DNA from: Octopus bimaculoides
Taxonomy: Eukaryota
Assembly (NCBI RefSeq): GCF_001194135.2
Contig: NC_068984.1
Location: 87,242,383 to 87,274,612, forward strand
Length of the DNA: 32,230 bases
Direction: 5' to 3'
The position numbers and the translations under genes were made by a program. Shown in pieces: positions 10,547 to 21,680 of the stretch. Position 1 is the stretch's first letter, and each line of letters starts with the position of its first letter. The notes below the pieces were generated by a model, which was not told the origin of the DNA, did not search any database, and saw only the letters and a program-made list of their open reading frames with translations.

Positions 10547-11933
10547 GTTCACTATTTTTTCCATTGAAGCGTTAAATACTCTACATGTGAAATATTGATC
10601 TTCATGTATTGTCCTTTACAACAGTTGTCTTTACAACAGTTGTCGTCTTTACACCACTGTATGTATACGTATGCATATATAAATATACGTGAATGTATGC
10701 GTGTTTACATATATACATATATCCATTCTAATTATTTTACATAATATATACATTGCTGTACAATGTTATATCTTTTTTATTGACAAAAGAAAAAAAATGC
10801 CACGAGTGCCCCATCTTGTAGCAGGATAATCAAAATAAAGTGACGTAATTATATGTACAGTTATGCACACATTTACATGTAACTAGCAACAGCGCAATCT
10901 ACACTTGTAAAGAGATTAAAATGAATTACTAATTAAAGATACTCTAGACACTAATTAATATTTCTTAAGTCGAGTAATCTTTGGTGGAGAAGAGAAAAGA
11001 AATATTTCATACATGTCCGCTATTTTTAGTAGTTTGAAGCACTCATGTGGCGATATCGCTTTCGTGTATGGAAAAGATATGGCAGTGAATGTTTTACATG
11101 ATAGAACGAAATTAATGAATAGCTCTTGTGCAGTTTGAAATATTAGCCATTAACGGAAATTGTAAGTACATATTCACTTGTTTACCTCTTTGGCCTACTT
11201 CGTTCCATCACTCTCAAGAAAAAGTGACATCACGTTTCACCGCTCCATAAGAAATTTACAATAGCTTTAACCATTAAAAGTAACGCATACTTGCGCCTAT
11301 CATTTCTCTTTTCCGCCCCACAGATGAATATCAGTCTGAAGAAACATTAATCAATGTCTGAAGCAATTTTAACTCGAAAATTATTTTAATATTTACTAAT
11401 ATAGATTTTCTTACTCCCCATTATATCTAAACGTGTAATTGTACACGCATGTGCAACCGCACACGAGCATACATACATACATACATACATACATGCATAC
11501 ATACATACGTATTCTAATTACGTAATAGAAGTAGCACTTGAATGAAAGTTTTATCTGTATAAATTTTTGTAACGATACATATGCGTTATGCTATATAGGA
11601 TAAAGATTCTACTCTGCAGCTGCTTGCTTCTTTTGCATCGTCTCAGTTTTATTTTGCTCGTGCGACGCCATTGCAAGCCAGTGCATTGTTTATGCACTAT
11701 CTCTATATACATTCGATCTCTCTTTGGAGAGAGAGACAAACATGTGACGTTGACAAGCTACAACAATGGTGAAATACTTATGTGTCGCTCTCACAGTCAT
11801 CTCCAGTGCGATTTCCTATGACCTTGTTCTGAAATATATTGCTCTTTTTAACACAATACGTCTACAAAGGGATTTTCCAGTACGAAGAACATTAGCTTCT
11901 GACTTTTAAACAATAGACGGACGTTAAATATGT

Positions 11934-11986
<53 letters not shown>

Positions 11987-12047
11987 GTACATACATACAT
12001 ACATACATACATACATACATACATACATACATACATACATACATGCA
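11934..12047. repeat. (TA)n and (TACA)n microsatellites
   Basis: Direct reading. Confidence 0.9.
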
Positions 12048-12449
12048 TGCATATATAAGAGTGTATAAAGATTTATACACAGAAAGAAGACGCTTGACAG
12101 GACTTCTTACATGCTAAAGAGGGCAGTTAACCCCAAACCACAAACAAAAGGAATCTTTTAGGCACTCTGCTAATAGGCACTAGACTGAATAAAAAATTAG
12201 TTAATCCTATACTTGAATTTCGCTATTAATGACCAAATAAATTAATTTGGTATCTGTATCTCGTCAGTAGGATCGTTAAAGAATGCATAATTATGTAGCA
12301 GTAATACGTACCGAAAACGCGAGGCAAACATGCGCAAGACAGCTCCATCTTTACACATTATGGATTCAAATTTAGGCGCAGGCGTAGTCAGAATAGCACA
12401 GAAGTAAATAAATTCAAACTGTGTATTATATGGTTTAAGAATTGTGTAC

Positions 12450-14118
12450 TATATGGATCGCTTAAAAGTGTCTACTAATCAGTCGTTCTGCTTGCCCATT
12501 TGATCTCGGGTGGTAGGGTGGGGTAAAATGTGGTTGATTGCATTCATTTTGTAGAAATTTTTGAACTCCGTATCCTGTAAATTAGTTCCATTGTCCGACA
12601 CTATGGTGTTCGGAACACAGTATCGAGCAAAAGGTTCGTGCAGGAACTTTATTGTTGCCTTCGGCGTTAGTTGACTGCACCTACATATTTCCGAACATTT
12701 GGTAAAGGTATCAACAATGATCAAGTAGTACGCACTATACACCGGTCCAGCGTAATCTATACGTACCCTGGACCACGGGTCATCAGTCTCAGGCAACGAT
12801 TGGTATTTCACTGGTGGTACCTTGGCTGCTAGCGCACAACCTCTACATGATTTCACCAAATTTTCAATGTCCTGGTTCATTGTCAGCCAAAACACGTAAC
12901 TCACCATCAAAGCTTCTATTCTTGACATCCTACGGCGCGTTTCTGTAGTGCAGTTGATATTACCATTCTTTGTGCGTACATTAATACATCGTCGCAGAGT
13001 GAAAAATGGTTCGCATTCGTGTATCTCTTTTGTTTATTTTTCAAGGTTTCCTTCAATTTTATGATGCATTTGTCCTCCTCTGATTTACTTTTATATCTTG
13101 TACAGTCACTGGTAGCTCCTAAATGACATTACACATAATGTTCTTAATTTCCTTTTCTGCTTGTAATGCGGCTATCATTGTATCTTTCAGCGGTTTCGCA
13201 TTCTTCAGAATGGCCAATTTTCTTAGAAGGAATATATTCCATCTTTAAGTCGTAATTCAACAATATCATAAGACCAACACTGTAATCTATTTGTAGTACG
13301 GGTAGGAATTCTTTTCTTCGACTCAAAAATTGATAATAATGTTATGTGATAATAATTCGCTAGACCTAGAAAAGCTTGTAAGGTCGTTATATTAGGCGGA
13401 CGAGGCATCTTTTTAATTGCGTCTGCCCTCGACGGGTCCGGTCGTCTTCCATTTCTATCAATAATTTGTCCTAAATACTTAATTTTAGGTAAAAAAAAAA
13501 TTCACATTTCTCCTCACTCAGTGCGAACCCGTAATCTCTTATTTTATCAAAATCACACTTTGCATGTTCCACATACTGGTCACGAGATTCACTTTTAATT
13601 AATGCATCATCAGGTATGGAATTGCGAATTTACAGTCCACTAACATCGCATCCATGACCTGTTGAAAAATTGCAGGTGCGACCTTTACACCATATGGTAA
13701 TTTCTTATATTGCTCGTCTACTTTAATTTGTAGGTACGCAATCAGACAGATCCAGTTTTGAAAATATCTTGCCACATTTAATTTTGCCAAAAATATCCTC
13801 CGGAGTAGGTAGCGGATAATGGCACATTTTTAGACATTCATTCAAACCAGCAGAAAAAAACCGACACACACCCTGATTTTGTTATTCTTTTTTTTTTTAA
13901 TACACACAGCTGGTGCTGTCCATTTAGAATAATCTACTTTTTGAATAATCCCAATTCTCTCTAGTCTGTCTAATTCTTCATCTACCTGTCTTATCGAAGC
14001 AAAAGATACCTTTCAATTAAGTTTGAACACAGGTACGATGTTTTCATTTATTTGACAACACGCCTCAGTCTTAGTACAGAAGCCTAATTTATCCAACAGC
14101 ACTTCAGTGAACAAGTCT
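12450..14118 (-). mobile_element. Ty3/Gypsy LTR retrotransposon pol remnant (RT-RNaseH-integrase), internally deleted and frameshifted
   Basis: RT: EELDRLERIGIIQKVDYSKW...IRVC...YPLPTPEDIF...LPYGVKVAPAIFQQVMD. Linker: QAFLGLANYY, RLQCW. Integrase: YVFW..MNQDIENLVKSCRGC...PWSRVRIDYAGP...IVSDNG. The order RT-RH-IN indicates Gypsy. Confidence 0.9.
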
Positions 14119-14398
14119 AAACCAGATTCCGAGCAATTTAATCGGGCTCTCCGTTCAGCATCCGACGACGCTGTTGGGAGGCATCGACTTGTCATGCCAG
14201 GTGTCGAGTTGCAAGCTGGCGGATTTCTCCTGGTTAATTTTTGCCCCTGCCACTGCTTCGTATCCTTTGATGGCGTCTTCTACACGAGGTAGCTGCCTTT
14301 CATCAGACACGATGATGGTAACATCATCTGCATATGCCGTCGCACTTATACCGTAACACAGATCACGCCACCCCCATAGTCCCCAATCTCCGCAGCAG
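14119..14398 (-). mobile_element. L1/Tx1-clade LINE RT fragment
   Basis: Minus frame: GISATAYADDVTIIV...YEAVAGAKINQEKSASLQL...IKLLGIWF. Confidence 0.8.
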
Positions 14399-14493
14399 CT
14401 AACCCCTACTCAGTCCTATCTCACTCAGACCGCTACTATTTATAGTCGTTCGGTCAGTCTATTCTCGCAGGTGGTGTCGTGACTCTCGCCACA
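14399..14493 (-). mobile_element. Putative 5' portion of an LTR (TG start, TATA box)
   Basis: Minus strand starts TGTGGCGAGAG at the (CA)n edge. TATAAATA at 14436-14443. Same strand as the Gypsy pol. No second LTR found. Confidence 0.4.
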
Positions 14494-14500
14494 CACACAC

Positions 14501-14577
<77 letters not shown>
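14491..14577. repeat. (CA)n microsatellite
   Basis: Direct reading. Confidence 0.95.
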
Positions 14578-14582
<5 letters not shown>

Positions 14583-14676
14583 GTATGTATCTGTTAATTC
14601 GTCATTTCTATCTACGAAGAAGATACAGTAATATGCTGTGCGAAACAGAGTTTATTTTAACGAAATGCCTCTTGAA

Positions 14677-14790
14677 ATCACCTGAGGAGACACATCGATA
14701 CCGAGGGATACACCTAAACCGGTTGTGCAGTATCCCACCCGAGAGGGATCGATGCTAGGATGGGTCGAAACAGTCATAGTAATGAATAAA
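14677..14790 (+). ncRNA. Hammerhead-ribozyme-like core with extended stem II plus AATAAA (Penelope pLTR-like remnant)
   Basis: CTGAGGA 14682-88; stem II GAC/GTC; inner helices CATCGAT/ATCGATG and GGGATAC/GTATCCC; GAAA 14767-70; GTC site 14773-75; AATAAA 14785-90. Stem I has two mismatches. Confidence 0.45.
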
Positions 14791-15134
14791 GATTCTCGTA
14801 TCTACCATGTCCCGTCTCTCTCATTAATTATGTATATATATATATATTGATTGATTGATTGAGTGATTGATTGAAATTGAGTACAGACTTTATATATTAA
14901 GAAAAAGGGGTTTGCCGGAATTTTGGATAATCATTTATTTAGCGATTTCATCTCTTTTCAGAGATTCAGAGATTCAGAGATTCATCAGAAAGAGAGAGGG
15001 GGAAGGGGGGGGAGAGAAAGTTGATGTATTAATGTAGTACAGTTAACGCCTGAAAACTTGCATCTGATAAAAACATGTTCCTTGGCCTTTATGCATTGCT
15101 TCAAGTGATCCAGTCCCTTCACTACATCAAAATG

Positions 15135-15265
15135 GTGGGCACAGGTTTAAAAATTTGCTTCGCAACTAGATGTTTTGGGGCTCGATTCTAAAGCAAAACA
15201 CCTTGAGCAAATGTCTTTGACCAAAACCTTAGGTCAACCAAAACCGTGTGAGTAAAATTTTGTAG
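15135..15265 (+). mobile_element. Degenerate SINE of the second family
   Basis: tttgcttcgcaac...gggctcgattc...caccttgagcaaatgtctt...gtgtgagt. Confidence 0.55.
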
Positions 15266-16843
15266 TGTTAGAAGGACAATTGTTTTAAATGTTGAATGTA
15301 AGACTTACTTTTATACACACTTTAACGCTATCATATGGTTCTTGGGTATGTTTAGTGAAGAACACTTTCTTGGAAATAATGAATTGCGAATTCTTGTTTG
15401 CGGATAACTTATTCCCTTTCTCCCAATTGTCATGAGGTCACTGAAAAGAGTCACAGGCTCTGCATTTCCTTCTTTCAATGAGCAATTAAAAAATATCTAT
15501 TTAGTAAGAGATTAAATAGATTTAAAAACTCAAATTAGATAATGAAGATTATGATGAGACTAATGATATGAAATATTTTTAATGGAAGTCCACATCATTA
15601 TTTTAGATACTGAAGCAATATAAACAAATATATTACTAGGAGCAACAAGCATACGACATTAAACTCGCATAAACAAGCACGGACATGAAAGAAGTTTGTA
15701 CACACGCACACATTTACACACGCGCGCACACACATGTACATATATGCATGCACATGATGATAAATTATATACACGCTCATGCATGCATTCATGTATTCAT
15801 ACATATTTTGGGATTATTCAAACTGTCCTGTCTTATCATTCTGACACATTAACCAGTCCTGTACAATATCTCAATTGTTATATGCTCACAGAAACATTAA
15901 TTCCACATAACTGATTATTATTTTTACATGTACATATGTTGGCTATATCTTTCCCTATTGGGGAACAACTGAATTTATTGATCACAAAAGCGTATCTTAC
16001 AAAATGGTGAATAATGTAATGGTCGCTAAAATCAGCTAGGCATCTCTTTATATCTGTCGGTGACATTTTCCAGAACGAAAGCAACATAGTCATGCCTCAC
16101 GACTTACAACTGGTATGCAGGGTGTTTTCTTTTTATCTTTCGAACTAATAGTCCTTTCTTGTGGTCTATCTTCCAGTTGTAATTTTGAGAACAAATAGAA
16201 ATTTTTCTGGAACTTTCCTTTCATATATTTAGATGATTGATTACATTCTAGACTTTCACACGAAGCATAGTTTTATTTATATTATGTGTACCAGCTAGTT
16301 GGCCTCTTGGCCCCACCTAATTACCGACAAATCCTCAGTTAGCTGTCGTAACGACTGACTGTTGTGGAACGACTGCAATTGATCGAAGAAGTGAGATACG
16401 ATAATTTTGTGCAAGTACATTGTTCATCTTCACCTCCATAGCTAATTATTTGTTATCTTCTGAAATGAACTCGTTCTCCACAAACGTCATCTTATGTTTA
16501 GCAAATTTGCCTCTTGATGCAACAGATTCGTTTTATTGAGGTCTCGATTTTCACTATAGCCATTTTGTAACATCTAAAATTTGTCATTAATTTAAAAAAT
16601 CAAAGAAAAAACAAGTTTTATACTTATTATTCCTTCTGTAAGTGATGCATTGATTACGATATTGCTACCATTTTGGAGCCGTGATTGATCTTATTGACGC
16701 CGTATGTATGTACTTGTTCTTTAATTTATACTAGCCGCCAAGCTACGGCAGTTAAAATACCAACAATCCTACTGGGAGGAATCAAACTACAAATGTATTT
16801 GTCGAATAAACGTGTAACTAGTTACACATACTTGGTTTGCATA

Positions 16844-16845
<2 letters not shown>

Positions 16846-16900
<55 letters not shown>
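16846..16900. repeat. (TG)n microsatellite
   Basis: Direct reading. Confidence 0.95.
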
Positions 16901-16902
<2 letters not shown>

Positions 16903-17379
16903 TTGTATTTGTAAAAGACATTAACATTAAAGAGCTAAAAGGACAAATAAAATGTCAACTTTTGGTAATTCCTTACTTCTATAGTGAATAGGTTTGTTCA
17001 TATTCAAATGTATGGTAGGGGAACAAGTCAGAGGCAAAGTAACATGAGTTGTTGAAATGTTATGTTTTGCCAACTATGCCGCAACGGTAGCCGGGTCTGT
17101 TTTTATACATACCTAAACTTCAGCATCTGCCTGATTACCTGATGTTTAAAAGAAACTACACACAGTTCCATAGGATCCAAAGGCATTCATAATTGATATT
17201 TATTCAATGACGAACTGACATTTACTATGTTGGTAAAAATATTGTCGACACCTCTGATATTTAGAATAGAATATGAAGTCCATTAAATAGTAAACGAAAC
17301 TTTAAACCTTTTTTATATAACAAATATTTTTTTAAAATGTTTCGATTGATACAGGTCGCAATTTTTCTTTAGGTCTATG

Positions 17380-17690
17380 ATTGCGAAATGGCAGCTATCG
17401 GGACAGGATCGTTTAAAATGCCTGGCAGGCAGCTATCGGGATAGGATCGTTTAAAATGCCTGGCAGGCAGCTATCGGGATAGGATCGGTTAAAATGCCTG
17501 GCAGTATTTAGCGACTTCTTTTCAGATTCTCACTTGAAATCCCACTGGGGGTAACTCTGCTTTTCATCATTACGGTGTCGGTAAAATAAAGTATCAGTCA
17601 AATATTGGGGTTGATTTAATTGCCTGTACTGCCCCTAAAATCCATAGCCTTGTGCTGTGATAGAAACGGTAATGATAATAATAATAATCT
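17380..17690 (+). mobile_element. Old SINE with a triplicated 38-bp head (17390-17503) and (TAA)n tail
   Basis: Unit GGCAGCTATCGGGA(C/T)AGGATCG(T/G)TTAAAATGCCTGGCA x3, then a degenerate core (tgcttttcatc...gtcggtaaaataaagtatcag) and the tail. Confidence 0.7.
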
Positions 17691-17992
17691 GTTTTAAATA
17701 GTATATGATAGATTTTACTTCTAAATTCTTAAAGAAATATTACAAGGTTTTAAAAATGCTAATTTTTACTATTCGTTAAATATCTTTATTAGGTTGCTAA
17801 AAGTCATGTTGATTTTGCAATTAGTGTTCAGACTCTATGTATCTTGTAGCATAATTTATGCTGCATCATTTCAAAACTTCAAATAATTTCCATTAAATTT
17901 CCATAATCTAATTTGAGATAACTTGTTTTTTTTTTTTGTTTTTTTTTTTACTAACAGTAAGGTCTAACTTTGTTCATTTCTATTTATTTCAG

Positions 17993-18091
17993 GTACGTAC
18001 CAGAGAATTCGAACTATTGAAGGAAGTGATACCACAATTAACATATGGGATAGTACTTGCTTCCACTGTTTCGTACAATTTAACAAAGCAG
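17993..18091 (+). CDS. Candidate internal coding exon of an unidentified host gene (99 nt, phase 1-1): (x)TYQRIRTIEGSDTTINIWDSTCFHCFVQFNKA(x)
   Basis: TACTAAC (17949-55) and CTAAC (17964-68) branch-point motifs; polypyrimidine tract ...tttctatttatttcAG; donor CAG|GTAATT; length is 3n and one frame is open. Lies in non-repetitive sequence. No protein family recognised. Confidence 0.45.
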
Positions 18092-18684
18092 GTAATTCTG
18101 ATATTATTGTAACCAATACAGATGTGTTTACATGCGCCAACACTAGCTTGTGCATGCGAAAATATTTTTCATAATCTATTATTTGCTTAATATAATAAAG
18201 AATGCAGAAAAAGATAATGTATTAATAGTTCAGAGCATTACGTTCAATATTTCAAGCATTTGTAAAATTTTGCATTTTAATGTATTTTGTATTTGTAAGT
18301 CCTCGGAGAAAAGACATTTTTAAGTGTCCTTAGATTGAAGGATTGGAATTTGATGAACTTATAACATTATTTGTTTCAGATTAGTAGATAGCAGTACACA
18401 TTAGCAGGGAAAACATTTCAGAGGGGAATACATTCTGGTAGAAGTTAGGTAGTGGTCGAGAACGGAGACTCGCAGGTTCATGAGAAAACGATAAGAACAC
18501 ATGAAAAAAGTTTCCGCTAGTCTGGCACAAGGTTGAAAATATCCCGAGTTAGCTTTACTAATGATTTTTAATAAAGGCAATATGAAGGTAAAACTCGATA
18601 GTAGATTAATTATTTAGAACGATTTTAGATATGGGCTTTGATATCAAGCAGGTTGTATGTTTACATTTTTATTATTACATTATA

Positions 18685-18900
18685 AAAGCGAGCTGGCAGG
18701 TTCGTTATCCCATCGGCGAAATGCTTCGCGGTATTTCTTCCCGCTTTACCTTTGAGTTCAAATGCTGCTGGGGTCGACTTTGCCTTTTATCCTTTCAGGG
18801 CCGATAAAATAAGTACCAGCTGATGACGGGGGTCGATGATCTCGACTTACTCCTTCCCTTAAAATTTCTGTCCTTGCGCCCAAATTTAAAACCTTTATTA
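18685..18900 (+). mobile_element. Full-length degenerate SINE
   Basis: gcgagctggcagg head, gagttcaaatgc B box, ggtcgactttgcc...gataaaataagtaccag core. Confidence 0.8.
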
Positions 18901-19127
18901 CATAATTAAGAGGCAGCGGAAATACTGTGGCTATACCGATCAACGATGCAAAAGTTGCAGTTCCCTAATTATTATACTTGTAAAGGTTTATCAGTTGCTC
19001 ATAATTGAATTGCTGCTAAATCTCCTCTTATCCGGAGGTCCCCAGTCATCGGAGCGCGGACCACTACCGAGCCGTAGATCACTTGATATCAGGTCGCACA
19101 GAAACAATAAATTTTACAACTTCATTC

Positions 19128-19770
19128 GGATCTATTTTAAAACGGGGGCACCAGTATTTTCTTAACGAAACACTAACGAAACACTTTGAAACTTGGGACA
19201 CTGGTAGAATGTGTCATATAAAACATCTTTTACTCTTAGTCTTCTTAACAAAAAAATGTACATCGCAAGTTATTCCATGTTAAAGTTGTCGTATTTCTGT
19301 AATTTCAACCAATCACTGACGTCTATTCAGCTGAATAGAGTTACTGCTGGGCGGTCATAAAAATGTTATTCCCTGTGACATATTTCATCCGGTTTAATCG
19401 TAATTTATACGCATATATTGTTTATATAATAAATTACGCTGTGCGTATCTGTGTGTGTAACAATTTTAGAGTTCGGATTCTAGAGTCAGGGTTAGTTTTA
19501 GGGTTAGGGTTAGGGTTAGGGTTAGGGTTAGGGGATTAATACGATATACACCGTTACAGCGCTAACTGTTTTCAACTGAATAGACGTCAGTGATTAGTAG
19601 AAATTATCGAAATAAGACAATTTTTTACATGAAATAAATTCGAATACAAAAATGTTTTTCTGTTCTATAACACAAAATAGATAAGTATACGAAGTTTGAA
19701 AGTCTTTCGGTACCAAAAACACTACATAAAACATAAATGAAAACTGGTGCCCCCGTTTTAAAATAGATCC
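19128..19770. mobile_element. Second Merlin-like foldback element, related subfamily, with internal (TTAGGG)n
   Basis: Perfect 28-bp TIR GGATCTATTTTAAAACGGGGGCACCAGT and perfect TSD CTTCATTC (19120-27, 19771-78). Left arm 19170-19390 is homologous to the arms of 5840-7275. Confidence 0.9.
19498..19533 (+). repeat. (TTAGGG)6 interstitial telomeric repeat (degenerate units extend upstream to ~19465)
   Basis: Direct reading. Confidence 0.95.
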
Positions 19771-21449
19771 CTTCATTCCTATTTTATTGGGTGTCTTTAC
19801 ATTGTATATGTATTACATATGTAATATATATGTATTATATATGTAATAATTGAATTATATATTATGCACTTTATTGTGTTTTGATTTGCGTTTGATCCCC
19901 TCGGTCCGCGGAAAAATTGTCTTGCATGAAACCGCTCAGGTGCAAAATCAGGTTGGGGACCATTGCTCTAAGCCATCCCATCAGCTTAAAAAGTGGATGA
20001 CACATTGGATACATGTAGTCCTAGATTAAAAAAGATAACATGTGGTCATAGCTTGAATTACTTTGATTATAGGTCTTCTCAATGTTTTGGTTAAACAACG
20101 ATAGCATAACCAGATATAATCGTCAGAGAGTAGTTAGCATGATAATATGTCCCTTTATCATTTTAGGTTAATTCTATTCTCTTTCATCAGTTACAGGAAA
20201 AATTTATAGCAAACTATTGTGACCAATGAAAAACATCAAGCCAAAACCCTACTTAGAAAATACAACTAAGTATTAATTACGTAATTAATGATAAAATAAT
20301 TATAATTAACCTAATACATCATTGAAATTATTGCTCAGCATAGATCGACACAATAGTAAAGTGAGCGCTAACGTAATATAGTAAGCCAAGAAATCTGTAA
20401 TATCATTATTGTGTTTTTCACTCATGTTTAAGTGTCACACTTTAACAACCTTAACTATGGACTAAAATCAAAGACAAACATAATGAAACAAGTTCGAGTA
20501 AAGTTATAACACCGACTTTCTGGACACCGATGGTCCGGAGCCTATTATAATCCGCACTTATTTTCATTAATATACAGGTCCCTGTATTTCATTTAATTAT
20601 CTAAGTAAATTTTTATATTTAATTTAGTGTATGTTCTCAAAACTGACGACCACCGCTGGTTCTGAAAAATCAGTAATCAAGAAAAGCTTTGGGGATCAAA
20701 GGTTCTGGAAAATCGATGTACCTATGGATGTAATACGATATACGATGTACCTGTACTAACTATGGATCGAAATCAGGAACAATCGAAATCTTCCTCATAA
20801 TGAAACAATGTTATGCATCAAAGCAATTTTCACAAGTCCCGCTAGTTTCAATTAATTCGGAGTTATTTTCTTATATATTGTTGGTGGATGCAACTGAATT
20901 ACGGATAAATACATAAATTCAGCTTAAAACGATAATACCTAACCATTACTATGCAAGTTCAGCGGATGATACGTTGAGTTACTGCATAAATTATTATTTT
21001 TATCACCACTTCAACATGGCTGTTCTATAAGAACCGACGTTATTACTGTTTTTAAGCCCAAAAGGACGCCACCATCAGCTGGTTGCAAGCAGGGGAGCGA
21101 ACCCTTACCATCTTCCAGCGACGACGGGACCACCAGGCCGTCCGGTTTCGAGCTGTTTGTGCTTATCCTCGGAACAAACATTTTGAAGCGGCGATAAACA
21201 TTACTTTTCGATATAGTTATTACTTTCATCTCTTATAGAGATTTTCTAACTAACTACTTTGCTTATTATTATTTTATTTTTCGAGATTTTAAAACAATCC
21301 AGTTGCTTTTTGAAAAGCCTCCCTAATTTTAATACTGCACATCAACAGGTTACTGAAGGAATTTTTGTAATGGCCGATCTGTAAGAGACGTAACAGAGAT
21401 CTCCCTCTGACTAATAAAGGAAGAAATGTAGACAATCTTAGAGAATGGT

Positions 21450-21680
21450 GTAGTATAGATTTGGGCCGCCGTGTGTGGTAGCCAAATTAGCAGCCCTATT
21501 ATTTGAACGTAACATACCTTCGACTAGAGATAGAGAAATTGGCACCCTTCCCTAAAGTGATCACCCTATATGGTCCACACAACCCACATACCTCACACTA
21601 CGCCACTGAATGTAGTTCCAGATCGATCAGAGCTGATCTGATACTAAACAACAACAACAACAACAACAACAACGATAGCA
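21450..21680 (+). mobile_element. Unclassified retroposon-like repeat with (AAC)n tail
   Basis: Ends cgatcagagctgatctg...aaacaacaac. The related motif tcgatcagagctgacc..ggg recurs at ~24128-24150. Confidence 0.4.

Larger units (their letters stand above)
19033..19965. mobile_element. hAT/Charlie-type MITE (MER1-like ends) containing a nested element
   Basis: Imperfect TIR CGGAGGTCCCCAG / TTGGGGACCATTG. Candidate 8-bp TSD CTCTTATC / CTCTAAGC (6/8). Right end cggtccgcggaaaaattgtcttgcatgaaaccg...ggttggggacc resembles the MER1 end as I recall it; not verified by search. Confidence 0.6.

Noticed and set aside
11766-11909. 47-aa ORF MVKYLCVALTVISSAISYD... with signal-peptide-like start and good ATG context
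   Set aside because: Short hydrophobic ORFs are common in AT-rich DNA. There is no strong splice donor or recognisable peptide motif. It needs RNA-seq or SignalP plus conservation before any claim.
12061-12080. Hairpin GTGTATAAA-ga-TTTATACAC
   Set aside because: An isolated AT-rich 9-bp stem next to microsatellites, with no functional context.
15300-16200. Minus-strand GTAAGT donors (~15307, ~16105) preceded by 30-45 open codons
   Set aside because: No matching good acceptor in frame. The best acceptor opens on a TGA or in a frame that stops before the donor.
17390-17503. CRISPR-like array
   Set aside because: The repeats are contiguous with no spacers, are SINE-derived, and the context is eukaryotic.
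20505-20755. Possible Tc1/pogo MITE ends (ctttctggacacc ... tctggaaaatcgatgtacctgta)
   Set aside because: The TIRs are too decayed to pair convincingly.
21140-21172. Minus-strand hammerhead-like CCGAGGA...GAAACCGGAC
   Set aside because: Invariant U4 and U16.1 are substituted. At most a dead Penelope tail remnant.
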